The notes under the pieces were generated by a model, which saw nothing but the letters and a program-made list of their open reading frames with translations, was not told the origin of the DNA and did no database searches. Shown here piece by piece: positions 47,996 to 59,168 of a stretch of DNA of 64,000 nt; within the stretch, counting starts at the first letter, position 1; each line of letters opens with the position of its first letter. Made by a program: the position numbers and the translations under genes. Source of the DNA: Candidatus Acidiferrales bacterium (lineage in GTDB: Bacteria; Acidobacteriota; Terriglobia; Acidiferrales; UBA7541); the NCBI GenBank assembly GCA_035945715.1, contig DASYZX010000020.1:129622-193621 (forward strand). The letters run 5' to 3'.

Positions 47996-49156
47996 ATGCA
48001 ACCAGAGAATACAGGAAGCAAGGTTTCCCGTCGTCAATTCGGACAATCTCTCAGCGCACTATTTGCTGGCGCTTATCTTTCTCCGAAACTCGTTCAAGGC
48101 GTCACCGGCGGCCGCCTCAAAGGCTTCTCGCGCTCCGACGCCATCCTGCTCAACTCCAACGAAAATCCTTACGGCCCCGCGTCAAGCGCCATCGCCGCGA
48201 TCACCGGCTCCGAAGCCGTCGCCTGCCGCTACCCCGACGACCTTTACTCTCGCGCCGTCCGCTCCATCGCCAACCTGCACCACGTGGACCCCGAAAACGT
48301 CGCCCTCGGCTGCGGCTCGACCGAAATCCTCCGCGTCTGCGACGCCGCTTTCGTCGGCCCGGACAAGCAACTCGTCGTCGCCGAGCCCACCTTCGAAGCC
48401 GTCACCTATTACGCGCAAGTCTCCCGCGCGAGCGCCGTCAAAGTTCCTCTCACTTCCGATTTCCGCCACGATCTTCCCGCCATGGCCCAGGCCTGCGCGA
48501 ATGGCGTTGGACTGGCCTACATCTGCAATCCCAATAACCCGACTGCTACAATCAACACACGCGACGAGTTCTCTGATTTTCTCTCCAAAGTTCCGCCCTC
48601 CACCTACGTCCTGGTCGACGAAGCCTATTTCCATTTCGTCGAAGACCCGCGCTACTCCAGCGTCGTCGACATGATTCCTCAGCACGCCAATCTCATCGTC
48701 ACGCGCACGTTCTCGAAAGTCTACGGCATGGCTGGCATGCGTCTCGGCTATGCCGTCGCGCAGAAAGAAACAATCGAAGCCATGCATCGCGAGATTCTCT
48801 TCGACAACGGCAACGCCGCCGTGCTTTCCGCCGCCGTCGCCAGCCTCGCCGACGCCGAAATCGTCCCCACAAACAAAAAACGTCTGAACGGCACGCGCAA
48901 CCTGGTCACTTCGGAACTTACGAAATCCGGCTACACCGTCATTCCTTCGCACGCGAATTTTTTCATGGTCGACACTGGCAATGACGTCAAACCCGTCATC
49001 GAAGCCTTCCACGAACGGAAAATCATCGTCGGGCGCAAATTCCCGTCCATGGGCAACTGGCTGCGCGTCTCCGTCGGCAAGCCGGACGAAATGCAAAAAT
49101 TCCTCGCGGCCTTCCGCGAAATCGTCCCCGCTCCCCGAAAATCCGTCGCCGCGTAG
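47996..49156 (+). CDS. HisC-like class II PLP aminotransferase with a twin-arginine signal peptide
   Basis: ATG behind GGAGGA. 'SRRQFGQSLSALFAGAYL' Tat motif. 'LNSNENPYGP', 'NPNNPT', and 'RTFSKVYGMAGMRLGY' (PLP lysine). Confidence 0.85.
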   Translation: MQPENTGSKVSRRQFGQSLSALFAGAYLSPKLVQGVTGGRLKGFSRSDAILLNSNENPYGPASSAIAAITGSEAVACRYPDDLYSRAVRSIANLHHVDPENVALGCGSTEILRVCDAAFVGPDKQLVVAEPTFEAVTYYAQVSRASAVKVPLTSDFRHDLPAMAQACANGVGLAYICNPNNPTATINTRDEFSDFLSKVPPSTYVLVDEAYFHFVEDPRYSSVVDMIPQHANLIVTRTFSKVYGMAGMRLGYAVAQKETIEAMHREILFDNGNAAVLSAAVASLADAEIVPTNKKRLNGTRNLVTSELTKSGYTVIPSHANFFMVDTGNDVKPVIEAFHERKIIVGRKFPSMGNWLRVSVGKPDEMQKFLAAFREIVPAPRKSVAA

Positions 49157-49171
49157 TCGAGGCTTGCGTGT

Positions 49172-49606
49172 ATGGAAAACGTGCGGCTTGAGTCGATCCG
49201 AATCCGCATTGCGGATATGCAATTCACGGCAAGACTGGAGTGGTCGCTGTCGCCAGTCACATGCCGAAACTTCTCCGCTATCTTGCCTCTCCGCGCCAAG
49301 CTGCTCCAAGCGCGTTGGAGCGGAGAGGCGGCGTGGGTTCCCCTGGCTCGACTCGACCTGGGAGTCGGACGCGAAGCCGCTCTGACCTCTCCGAGTGCAG
49401 GTGACATACTTTTTCACCCGCTCGATTGCTCCGAATGCGAAATATTGATTCCGTACGGAAAATCGGCCTTCCGCAGCAAGGACGGCGACTTGACCGGGAA
49501 TCACTTCCTGACCATCGTTGAAGGCAGAGATCAGCTGACCAGGGTCGGACATCTCGTACTGTGGCAAGGGAGCCAGGACATCGAATTCTTTGCTTTCACT
49601 GGATGA
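49172..49606 (+). CDS. DUF3830-type (cyclophilin-like fold) protein
   Basis: 'FTARLEWSLSPVTCRNFSAILPLRAKLLQARWSGEAAWVPL' matches my recollection of DUF3830 family N-termini. Confidence 0.6.
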   Translation: MENVRLESIRIRIADMQFTARLEWSLSPVTCRNFSAILPLRAKLLQARWSGEAAWVPLARLDLGVGREAALTSPSAGDILFHPLDCSECEILIPYGKSAFRSKDGDLTGNHFLTIVEGRDQLTRVGHLVLWQGSQDIEFFAFTG

Positions 49607-49694
49607 GGTCCTTGTCTTTGTTCCGCTGGACTGCTGCAGTCTTGGCGAAGAATCTCGAACTGAAACGCTCGTAAAAACCGCTGTAAAACAAAAA

Positions 49695-49732
49695 TCGCCT
49701 CCGCGCGGCCACCTACACCGCAACGGAGGCGA
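49695..49732. terminator. Hairpin between convergent genes (9-bp perfect stem, 20-nt loop), possible terminator
   Basis: tcgcctccg (49695-49703) pairs with cggaggcga (49724-49732), flanked by A-rich runs. The loop is long, so this is weak. Confidence 0.3.
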
Positions 49733-49795
49733 AACAATCCCTAACCCAAACTCACAGCCAGCCCTCGGACGCGTCGCTCCGCGTCCGCCCTGCCC

Positions 49796-50134
49796 TTATC
49801 CCGCCGCTTCCGACGCCGTCGCCGGTCCCCCGATCGTCCGCCGCTGCTGGAAACACTCGCGGCAGTAAACCGGGCGCCCTTGTGTCGGCTTGAACGGCAC
49901 CGTCGTTTCTTTTCCGCACTGCGAGCAAACAGTCTTCGTCTCGACGCGCTGCATGCCCGTTGTGGCGCCGGCGCCCGCGCTGTTTCCTCCCTGCCCGCGC
50001 GCCGTCTTGCACGGTTTGCACCGTTTCGGTTCGTTCTTGAAGCCTTTGTCGGCGAAGAACATTTGTTCGCCGGCGGTAAACACAAACTCCGAACCGCATT
50101 CGGCGCACTTCAGAACCTTATCGTGGAATTCCAT
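49796..50134 (-). CDS. Double zinc-ribbon protein (CxxC-x17-CxxC type C-terminal domain)
   Basis: 'CAECGSEF...CKPC' and 'CSQCGKETTVPFKPTQGRPVYCRECF' (exactly 17 residues between the CxxC pairs). Confidence 0.8.
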   Translation of the reverse strand: MEFHDKVLKCAECGSEFVFTAGEQMFFADKGFKNEPKRCKPCKTARGQGGNSAGAGATTGMQRVETKTVCSQCGKETTVPFKPTQGRPVYCRECFQQRRTIGGPATASEAAG

Positions 50135-50282
50135 GGATCGCTCCGGGCCGTAGCCTGAGCGGCGATTATAATTATCGCGCCGCCCTGAATCGGATGATGC
50201 CGAGAATGATGGGAACTCCCTGCTTTTCCCGACGGAAGATCGGAACCAAGCTGGAACGAAGTACCCAAGGATTTCCGCCTAT

Positions 50283-50480
50283 TTAGTCCTGCTCTCTGCG
50301 CTGCTTCTTACGGAGACGCTTGCGTGATAGCGCTTCTTTGGCCCGGCGCTTCTCTCCAGGTTTCATGTAGTAGCTGTGCCGCTTGATTTCCTTGATGATG
50401 TCTTCGCCCTGGACTTTTCTTTTGAACCGCCGGAGAGCATTCTCCAAAGATTCGCCCTCTTGTATAACAACTTCAGCCAC
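50283..50480 (-). CDS. rpsU: 30S ribosomal protein S21
   Basis: 'ESLENALRRFKRKVQGEDIIKEIKRHSYYMKPGEKRRAKE' is canonical bS21. Confidence 0.95.
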   Translation of the reverse strand: MAEVVIQEGESLENALRRFKRKVQGEDIIKEIKRHSYYMKPGEKRRAKEALSRKRLRKKQRREQD

Positions 50481-50794
50481 GCAAATTCACCCCCGTTCGG
50501 GAACGCAGTTATTCGATAGTTGCTGAGTGGGGACCACCAGGATACCCGCCACAGGACAACATCTTAGGGCGTTTCTAACCAACCCTATCTGGTAAGTCAA
50601 GCACTATATTTTCTCGGACCAACTACAAACCCTGGCTCTCGCGCCTTCCCTCTATTTTGCGGTTTAGTACACATTTTCGCAAGCTTTGGACATCGGACGC
50701 GGCCCGGCTCGCGCACTTGCTGCCGCGCAGGCAGAATGTCCCTCTTGCGCCCGGATATTGCTAGAATGGTTTTGGCGCCTGGCCACTGGAAACC

Positions 50795-52027
50795 ATGTCT
50801 TTGATGAAAAATGCGATCGGCGTGCTCATGGCGGGCGGACAGGGCGAACGCCTCTGGCCTCTCACGCGTGACCGTGCCAAGCCCGCCGTTCCCTTCGGCG
50901 CCATTTATCGCATCATCGACGTCACCCTTTCCAACTGCCTCAACAGCGACCTCCGCCGCGTTTTCGTCCTCACGCAGTACAAAGCTCTCAGCCTCAATCG
51001 CCACATCCGCCAGGGCTGGTCCGCCCTGATGGGCGTCGGCGACTTCATCGAGATTCTTCCGCCGCAAATGCGCGTCTCCGCCCACTGGTATCTCGGCACC
51101 GCCGACGCCGTCTACCAGAACATCTATTCCATCGGCAGCGAGCAATCGAGCTACGTCATCATCCTTTCCGGCGACCACATCTACAAAATGAACTACGAGA
51201 AAATGCTCGAGCAGCACGTCGAAACCGGCGCCGACGTCACTGTCGCCACCGTCGAGATGACCCCAGAGGACGCCGCCGGCAAATTCGGCGTCATCGAAAC
51301 CGACACCGAGGGCCGCATCCTCGCCTTCTACGAAAAGCCCGCCGACCCCAAACTCTCCCCGCGCCATCCCGGTAAAGTCGACGCGTCGATGGGCATCTAT
51401 GTTTTCAACACCCAGTTCCTTCTGCCCACGCTCATCTCTGACTCCGAAGACCCCAATTCCTCGCATGACTTCGGCCACGACATCCTCCCCAAGGTCATCG
51501 GCAAATTCCGCGTCTATGCCTACAACTTCTACGACGAAAACAAAAAAGAAAATCTCTACTGGCGCGACGTAGGAACCATCGACGCCTACTACGACGCCAA
51601 CATGGATTTGGTCTCCGTTTCTCCCGTCTTCAACCTGTACGACAAGAGCTGGCCGCTCAAAACGTGGGAGCAGCAGTATCCCGCCGCGAAATTTGTCTTC
51701 GCCGACCCCGAGCGCACCGGCACGGCCGTCGACTCCATCGTCGCAGCCGGCTCCATCATCTCCGGAAGTCGCGTCAGCCATTCCGTGCTCGGCTACGACG
51801 TGCGCATCAACAGTTTTTGCAACGTCGACGACTCCATCATCTACAACCACGTGAATATTGGCCGCCATTCGCGCATCCGCCGCGCCATCATCGATCGTCA
51901 CGTCAGCCTGCCCGAGCACACCGAAATCGGCTACAACCTCGACGAAGACCGCAAGCGTTATCACGTCAGTGAAAACGGCGTTGTCGTCGTCGTCCGCGAA
52001 GAATCCATGCTCGAAGAGCCCGAGTGA
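50795..52027 (+). CDS. glgC: Glucose-1-phosphate adenylyltransferase
   Basis: 'VLMAGGQGERLWPLTRDRAKPAVPFG', 'YLGTADAVYQN', 'ILSGDHIYKMNY', and a left-handed beta-helix C-terminus. Confidence 0.95.
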   Translation: MSLMKNAIGVLMAGGQGERLWPLTRDRAKPAVPFGAIYRIIDVTLSNCLNSDLRRVFVLTQYKALSLNRHIRQGWSALMGVGDFIEILPPQMRVSAHWYLGTADAVYQNIYSIGSEQSSYVIILSGDHIYKMNYEKMLEQHVETGADVTVATVEMTPEDAAGKFGVIETDTEGRILAFYEKPADPKLSPRHPGKVDASMGIYVFNTQFLLPTLISDSEDPNSSHDFGHDILPKVIGKFRVYAYNFYDENKKENLYWRDVGTIDAYYDANMDLVSVSPVFNLYDKSWPLKTWEQQYPAAKFVFADPERTGTAVDSIVAAGSIISGSRVSHSVLGYDVRINSFCNVDDSIIYNHVNIGRHSRIRRAIIDRHVSLPEHTEIGYNLDEDRKRYHVSENGVVVVVREESMLEEPE

Positions 52028-52033
52028 CGTTCG

Positions 52034-52801
52034 GTGTCCTGTGAATTCCAATCCAAGTTTGGCCACATCGCCGAGGAATTCGAGCGCTACCGTCCAGACT
52101 ACCCGGCCGAACTTTTCGAGCACATCCTGGCCGCCGTTCCCGCCGCTCCCCGCGAACGTGCGGTCGACCTCGGCGCCGGAACCGGCAAATCCACTCGCGC
52201 CCTGCTCCCGCACTTTCAAGAAGTCATCGCCGTCGAGCCCGACCCCGGCATGGCCGCAAAACTGAAACAAGAAACTCCTGCGATCATCGTGCACAACATC
52301 ACCGCCGAAGATTTCTCCCGAACCCCCTCGACCGTCGACCTCGTCACCGTCGGCAACGCTCTTCACTGGATGGATCTCCCGCGCGTCTTCGCCAACGCCC
52401 ATTCCTGGCTGCGTCCCGGCGGAATCTTCGCCGTCTACGACCGCCCTCTGCCGAAAACCATTCCCGCGGTCGACACCATCACGCTCGCCGAAATGCGCGG
52501 CCCATGGAAGCCTTATCGCGACCAACGCCTCAAGCACGACAAAAACTGGGAAGAAAAAGTTCGCGCCGCTCCCGGCTTCCATATCGTCGAAAGCACCAGG
52601 TTTTCCTACATCATTCCGATAAGCCCGTCCGGCTTCACCGGCTTCTGGCGCTCCACTTCTTACGGCAGCGCCTACGCGCGCGCTCTCTCTGATCCCGAAA
52701 CTTACTGGCGCTCTCTCGAATCGCGTTTCGCCGAAGTCGCCTCCGGCGCCACCATTCCCGTCGACCTCAGCCCGACGCTCGTCATTGCATGCAAGCTCTG
52801 A
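52034..52801 (+). CDS. Class I SAM-dependent methyltransferase
   Basis: Motif I 'AVDLGAGTGKSTRAL'. 'GNALHWMD' and 'LRPGGIFAV'. GTG start. Confidence 0.8.
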   Translation: MSCEFQSKFGHIAEEFERYRPDYPAELFEHILAAVPAAPRERAVDLGAGTGKSTRALLPHFQEVIAVEPDPGMAAKLKQETPAIIVHNITAEDFSRTPSTVDLVTVGNALHWMDLPRVFANAHSWLRPGGIFAVYDRPLPKTIPAVDTITLAEMRGPWKPYRDQRLKHDKNWEEKVRAAPGFHIVESTRFSYIIPISPSGFTGFWRSTSYGSAYARALSDPETYWRSLESRFAEVASGATIPVDLSPTLVIACKL

Positions 52802-52860
52802 CTCACCTCGATTCGCTCGCACCCTAGTGAGGGATCGGTTTGGGATGTTCTTGATCGTGA

Positions 52861-54345
<1,485 letters not shown>

Positions 54346-54497
54346 GCTGCGGGGGGCCGCGCCCTCTCGTTCGGCAATTCGCCCACCGGCAACCAGCGCC
54401 GCCAGGCGCCATTGTCCTATTTATTGATAGGCCTACAGTTCCCCAGCCGGAACACGCACCGTGCTAGTCTTATGATGGGTAGGCGTCCGCAGCCAAC

Positions 54498-56273
54498 ATG
54501 AAACTGTCAAAATCAACGTGGTTGATTATTGTCGCTTGGGCCGTTTTTGTTGGCGGATTTGCCCTTCTTCCAGTAATCCTCCCCGCCGGATCCACACGCG
54601 AGGTCGTCGCTAACATCGCCCTCTGCATCGTGCCTCTTTTCGCCAACGCTTGCTTGCTCTGGAACGCCTCTTCGCCCTATCGACGCCAGAATAATTTCTG
54701 GATGCTGCTCGCCCTTGGCTGCACTCTCTGGCTTGCCGGCCAGCTCATGTGGACTTACAAATTATTGGTCCTCCACTCCGTCACCCACTCCATCACAGCC
54801 GTGGACGTCATTTTCTTCCTGCACGCCGTCCCCTTGATGGCCGCCCTCGCGATGATGCCCCATGCCCGCAAGATGCGTGAAGCCTTACGCTATGGCCATC
54901 TCGACACGTTGTTGCTGGCCGTCTGGTGGTTGTTCGTCTACTTGTTCATGGTCGTCGCCTGGTCGAAAGACCCCGCCAATTCAGGCCTCGCGAATATCCG
55001 CGACCTGCAGGTCTATGTCCTGGCCAATCTCGTTTTTCTGCTTGGCACGGGCTTCTTTGCTCTTCGCGCCAATCGCGAATGGCGAATCATTTATGGCAAT
55101 CTGTTCGGCGCCTCCTGCCTGTACGTCTCCAGCCTTTGGCTCGCCACCGCGGCCTTCACCAGGGGCCATTATTCTGCGGGCAGTCTGTTGAATGTTCCGC
55201 TCATGGCAGCGTTCGTTTGGTTCGGCACCGTCGGCATCCTCGCCCACCGCATGTCGCCCAAGCCGGACCTCACGCATAGCGTCAAAATGCGCGACTCCCA
55301 ATGGTTCGCCCGCCTCGCCGTCCTGTGTGTGCTTTCCATGCCCTTGATGGCGGCATGGTCTGGTTTTGCCAGCGATGCGCCTCCCGTCGTTCGGCACTTC
55401 CGCTTGCTTCTGACTCTTGCTGTCATCATCATCGGCACAGGCCTCGTTTTCTTGCGGCAGCATCTGGTCGATCGCGAGCGCCTTGCGCTGCTCAAAGGCT
55501 TGCAGGATTCCGTCGACAATCTCAAGCGCCTCCAAATGCAGTTTGTCCAGGCGGAAAAGCTCGCCTCGCTCGGCCAGCTTGCCGCCGGCGCTGCGCACGA
55601 AATCAATAATCCCCTCACCGCCATCCTCGGCTACGCCGACTTGATTCAGGCCGATTCGAGCGCTTCTGAACGCTCCCGCAGCCTCAGCGAAAAAATCCGC
55701 GACCAGGCCCGCCGCACCAAAGTCCTCGTCACCAACCTGCTCAGCTTCGCGCGCCAGGTCCCTGCGGAAAAACAGCTCCTCGATCTGCGCTCCGTCATCA
55801 CCAGCGCCATCGAACTGCGCCAGCTCGACCTGCGCGACAAAAAAATCCGTATCGAAGTCGAGAATCCCGGGACCCTTCCCGCCGTCCGCGGCGATCCCAA
55901 CCAGCTCCTCCAGGTCTTTTTCAATTTAATCAACAATTCCGTGGACGCCATGGAAACCGTCGGCGGCGGCTCGCTCACGGTCCGCATGCGCACCGAACGC
56001 GGCAGCATCATCCTGGATTTTTCCGACTCTGGCCCGGGCCTCCGCGAACCCGACCGCGTATTCGATCCCTTCTACACAACCAAGCCTGTCGGCAAAGGTA
56101 CTGGCCTCGGTCTCAGCATCTGCTACGGGATCGTTCAGGAACACGGCGGCCAGATTTTTGGTTTCAATCGTCCCGAAGGCGGCTGCACTTTCCGCGTAAT
56201 TCTTCCTGCCGTCCTCGCTCTCTACCCCCAGCTCGCCACTTCCGCCACCCCCGTCGGCTCCCGGCAGTCTTAA
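54498..56273 (+). CDS. Multi-pass membrane sensor histidine kinase (HisKA + HATPase_c)
   Basis: About 8 N-terminal TM helices. H-box 'LAAGAAHEINNPLTAI'. N, G1 and G2 boxes 'NLINNSVDAM', 'DSGPGL', 'GTGLGLSICYGIV'. Confidence 0.9.
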   Translation: MKLSKSTWLIIVAWAVFVGGFALLPVILPAGSTREVVANIALCIVPLFANACLLWNASSPYRRQNNFWMLLALGCTLWLAGQLMWTYKLLVLHSVTHSITAVDVIFFLHAVPLMAALAMMPHARKMREALRYGHLDTLLLAVWWLFVYLFMVVAWSKDPANSGLANIRDLQVYVLANLVFLLGTGFFALRANREWRIIYGNLFGASCLYVSSLWLATAAFTRGHYSAGSLLNVPLMAAFVWFGTVGILAHRMSPKPDLTHSVKMRDSQWFARLAVLCVLSMPLMAAWSGFASDAPPVVRHFRLLLTLAVIIIGTGLVFLRQHLVDRERLALLKGLQDSVDNLKRLQMQFVQAEKLASLGQLAAGAAHEINNPLTAILGYADLIQADSSASERSRSLSEKIRDQARRTKVLVTNLLSFARQVPAEKQLLDLRSVITSAIELRQLDLRDKKIRIEVENPGTLPAVRGDPNQLLQVFFNLINNSVDAMETVGGGSLTVRMRTERGSIILDFSDSGPGLREPDRVFDPFYTTKPVGKGTGLGLSICYGIVQEHGGQIFGFNRPEGGCTFRVILPAVLALYPQLATSATPVGSRQS

Positions 56274-56275
56274 GC

Positions 56276-57106
56276 CTATAAGTCGCACACTTGAAAGTGG
56301 TAAATGGCAATCAGCAATGCAATCAACAGGTAGAAGCCCGCATATCCGATCATCGCCGCGCTCGGGATCGAAACATTCGCGAACGGCGAAAATGGCAGCG
56401 AGCCCGCCAGCGGCGTCTGCATTTCAAACGCAGCCCGTCTCCATATCGCTTCGCTTGGCATAATGAGGCTCGTCGTCACTCCCACCGCCACCAGGCGCGC
56501 GCTCTCGGTAAATCCGCTCATCTGTTCCAGCCAGCCACCCATAAACGCCAAACCGTGCAACCCAATAACGATGACCCCATTCGTCAAAGTCGAAAACCAT
56601 GTGCCAAATAGAAATGTCACCGTCAGTGTCAGCAGGCACTCCAGCAACACCAGCGCGCCGCCAAGAATTCCGTGCTCCGGAGCCACGCCGCCCATAAAGT
56701 AGGCCACCGCAATCGTCCCGCCGAACGTTAACGCAACAAACCCGGCGATCATCCCCGCGAATCCGATCCATTTCCCCGAGAAGATCTGCCACCGCGGCAC
56801 CGGCTTGGTCGCAATCGCATGAATCGTGCCGGAACTGATTTCTCCCGAGATGGTGTCCACCGACGTCAGGATGGTCATTACCACTGCTAGCAGGTCCACC
56901 ACATACAGGCCAATCATCAGCATCGCGCTCAATATCTGGTAGCGGATGAATGGAGCTGTGTCGTGAGCTTGGAAATCCTCGATTTGAAAATGCACCGCCG
57001 CTCCGAACAGGACCAGAAAACCAACGCCCGCAATAAGCGCCGTCCACAGAATCTTCTTCCGCGCTGCCTCCCGAAATGTGATTCCGGCCATAATCCAGCA
57101 GCCCAT
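56276..57106 (-). CDS. ABC-2-type transporter permease
   Basis: About 6 TM helices. 'ITFREAARKKILW' N-terminus is typical of NosY/ABC-2-like permeases. The ATG at 57106 overlaps the ATPase stop. Confidence 0.8.
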   Translation of the reverse strand: MGCWIMAGITFREAARKKILWTALIAGVGFLVLFGAAVHFQIEDFQAHDTAPFIRYQILSAMLMIGLYVVDLLAVVMTILTSVDTISGEISSGTIHAIATKPVPRWQIFSGKWIGFAGMIAGFVALTFGGTIAVAYFMGGVAPEHGILGGALVLLECLLTLTVTFLFGTWFSTLTNGVIVIGLHGLAFMGGWLEQMSGFTESARLVAVGVTTSLIMPSEAIWRRAAFEMQTPLAGSLPFSPFANVSIPSAAMIGYAGFYLLIALLIAIYHFQVCDL

Positions 57107-58035
57107 CACAATCCTCGGTCCTCGCCCATGATTCGCATGAACAAATCTTCCAGTGAAGCCTTCTCCGCGGTAAATGAGAAAATGTCCGCGCCCGAAGCCG
57201 CCAAATGTCGCACGATATCGGGAAGCACCTCGCTGCATCGCGCGCTCAGGGTCAGAGATTCTCCCTCAAGGCTCGCCATCGTGGTCCACTGCCGCAACCC
57301 CTCCAAAGCGCCGGCGGGAAGTTTTCTGGCACGTACATTGACGTGGACTTCCTCTTTGTCGCCAGTGGCGCGCAATTCCTTTGCCTCAACCACTTCGCCA
57401 TCCTTCAAAAACGCAACGCTGTCGCATGTGATTTCCACTTCACTCAACAGATGCGAATTCAGAAACACTGTCGCGCCGCGCTCGCTTTGCGCCCGGATCA
57501 CGTCGCGAACCAACCTCCGGCCCATAGGGTCCAATCCCGAAGTTGGCTCGTCCAGAAACACAATCTCTGGCTCATGAATCAGCGCCTGTGCGAGCCCGAT
57601 TCGCTGCATCATCCCTTTCGAGAAGTCATGCACACGCTTGTCGCGATGCGGCCCGAGTCCCACCATCTCCAGCATTTCAGGAATGCGCGTCTTCAGCCGT
57701 CCTCGGGACATCCCACAAAGGCGTCCGTGGAGCCTGAGCAATTCGCCGGGTGTAAGCCAGTCGTAAAACCGGAAATGCTCCGGCAGAAACCCGATTTTCT
57801 GCCGCGTTCGTACATCCCCAGCCTCCTTGCCCAGCAGAAATGCCTGCCCGCTCGTCGGCTTCACCAGCCCGAGCAGCATTTTTATTGACGTGCTTTTCCC
57901 GGCTCCATTCGGGCCAAGAAACCCGAAGATCGATCCACGCGGCACGCCCAGCGAGAGATTGCGGACGGCGACCTTCTTCCCGTATTCCTTGCGGAGATTG
58001 TCAGTTTGGATTGCGAGATTCTTCCGGTCGTCCAG
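57106..58035 (-). CDS. ABC transporter ATP-binding protein, probable non-canonical (CTG) start
   Basis: Walker A 'GPNGAGKST', signature 'FSKGMMQRIGLAQ', Walker B 'IVFLDEPTSGLD'. The conserved N-terminal strand 'IQTDNLRKEYGKKVAVRNLSLGV' lies upstream of the first ATG/GTG/TTG. Only CTG 58035 (behind GGGAGA) or ATC 58011 can include it. Confidence 0.8.
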   Translation of the reverse strand: MDDRKNLAIQTDNLRKEYGKKVAVRNLSLGVPRGSIFGFLGPNGAGKSTSIKMLLGLVKPTSGQAFLLGKEAGDVRTRQKIGFLPEHFRFYDWLTPGELLRLHGRLCGMSRGRLKTRIPEMLEMVGLGPHRDKRVHDFSKGMMQRIGLAQALIHEPEIVFLDEPTSGLDPMGRRLVRDVIRAQSERGATVFLNSHLLSEVEITCDSVAFLKDGEVVEAKELRATGDKEEVHVNVRARKLPAGALEGLRQWTTMASLEGESLTLSARCSEVLPDIVRHLAASGADIFSFTAEKASLEDLFMRIMGEDRGL

Positions 58036-58050
58036 GGCGCTCTCCCGCGA

Positions 58051-58977
58051 CTACCGAACCGAATTGGCCAGCGAAACTGCGCTCCCCGAGTCTCCGTATC
58101 CTGTGAGCGAATATACCCTGCCGTTTTTCGCCCAAAGCAGCGTATACGTCGGCCCGCGCCGGCCGGCCATATTCAACAGCGTCCCTTGCACTCCGTTGAC
58201 TTTCACGCTTTCGTAGGAGCGCATATAACGCGGCACAGATACTCCGAGTGTGGATGTCCAGTTGACGTTGCGCAGAAATTCCTGCGCCTGGCTCGGCGTC
58301 ATCCCTGCAAGCTCCAACCCTACTTCTGCCAATTGTTCCAAGTTGAGGCCTTCCGGCGCGTTCACTGTCGGGCTCGGCCCTTGGCTCAGGATCACGCAGT
58401 CGTTGTATTGCATGGACGTTGGCGTCGGCGTCGCAATGTCCGCAGTTGCGCTCGGTCTTCCCGGACACGTGCCGTACCGCGCCCTTACCTCACGAGGAAT
58501 GCTAACGTCCACATTCGCCCCGTCAATCGAATCCGGCAGCGTAAGCTCGGGCCGCCCCGCTTCTTTCAGGATATCCTGTAGCCGCGCGCGGTCCACCGTC
58601 AGCGTGAATGCATGGGCTCCGGTAACCACCAGGCTGGGTTTGTCTTTGCGATTCCCCAGCAATTCTGCACGAAAGCCCGCCAGTTGGCTTGCCGCTCCGG
58701 CGTCGGGGGCACTCTGCGGGTCTTCGTTCTTCGTGGTTACTACCTTATCGGAAATCATCTGGCTGACCATGTTCTGCAGCGTGGAATTCGCATTGGGGCC
58801 GACGAAGTTCGAAAGATCCACGTTCACCGCCTGAACATTCTGCACGCGAAGCGAACCGAAAAACTTTTGTGTCAAGCGGCGCGTCGCCGGCAGACTGATC
58901 CACAGGATGACAGCCACCGCTGCCACAAGAATCGCCCAAAACGCGCCGCGCTTTTTGCCGGAACTGGCTGACCCCAT
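58051..58977 (-). CDS. Membrane-anchored hypothetical protein (DUF4367-like C-terminus)
   Basis: N-terminal TM 'FWAILVAAVAVILWISL'. C-terminal 'TYTLLWAKNGRVYSLTGYGDSGSAVSLANSV' resembles DUF4367 as I recall it. Confidence 0.65.
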   Translation of the reverse strand: MGSASSGKKRGAFWAILVAAVAVILWISLPATRRLTQKFFGSLRVQNVQAVNVDLSNFVGPNANSTLQNMVSQMISDKVVTTKNEDPQSAPDAGAASQLAGFRAELLGNRKDKPSLVVTGAHAFTLTVDRARLQDILKEAGRPELTLPDSIDGANVDVSIPREVRARYGTCPGRPSATADIATPTPTSMQYNDCVILSQGPSPTVNAPEGLNLEQLAEVGLELAGMTPSQAQEFLRNVNWTSTLGVSVPRYMRSYESVKVNGVQGTLLNMAGRRGPTYTLLWAKNGRVYSLTGYGDSGSAVSLANSVR

Positions 58978-59168
58978 AGATCCCTCCTGCCCTGTGAGTT
59001 ATCTCGAACTGTAGGACGCGTCTCCAACGTCATCCGTTGCGTCCGCAGCTCTTACACTTTCAGCTCCGGCGATGAAACATCCTTGTCCCTTCGTCTCGCT
59101 GAGCCTCCGCCTCCCGCGGCAACATCACGAGCCACTCATCGCTGTCTTTCTGTGTTACATTCACCCGC

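Noticed and set aside
49766-49787. 8-bp stem / 6-nt loop hairpin (cggacgcg tcgctc cgcgtccg) just after the zinc-ribbon gene stop.
   Set aside because: No U-tract follows on the transcribed (minus) strand. GC-rich hairpins of this size are frequent by chance in this genome.
50159-50185. Imperfect hairpin containing TATAAT between rpsU and the zinc-ribbon gene, considered as a terminator or a -10 box.
   Set aside because: The stem is imperfect and no matching -35 element was found at proper spacing. There is insufficient evidence for either role.
50597-52822. 741-aa minus-strand ORF spanning glgC and the methyltransferase gene.
   Set aside because: It is antisense to two genes with unmistakable homology. 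Its translation is Gly/Asp/Ala/Val/Arg-rich low complexity with no motifs. This is a typical high-GC antisense open frame.
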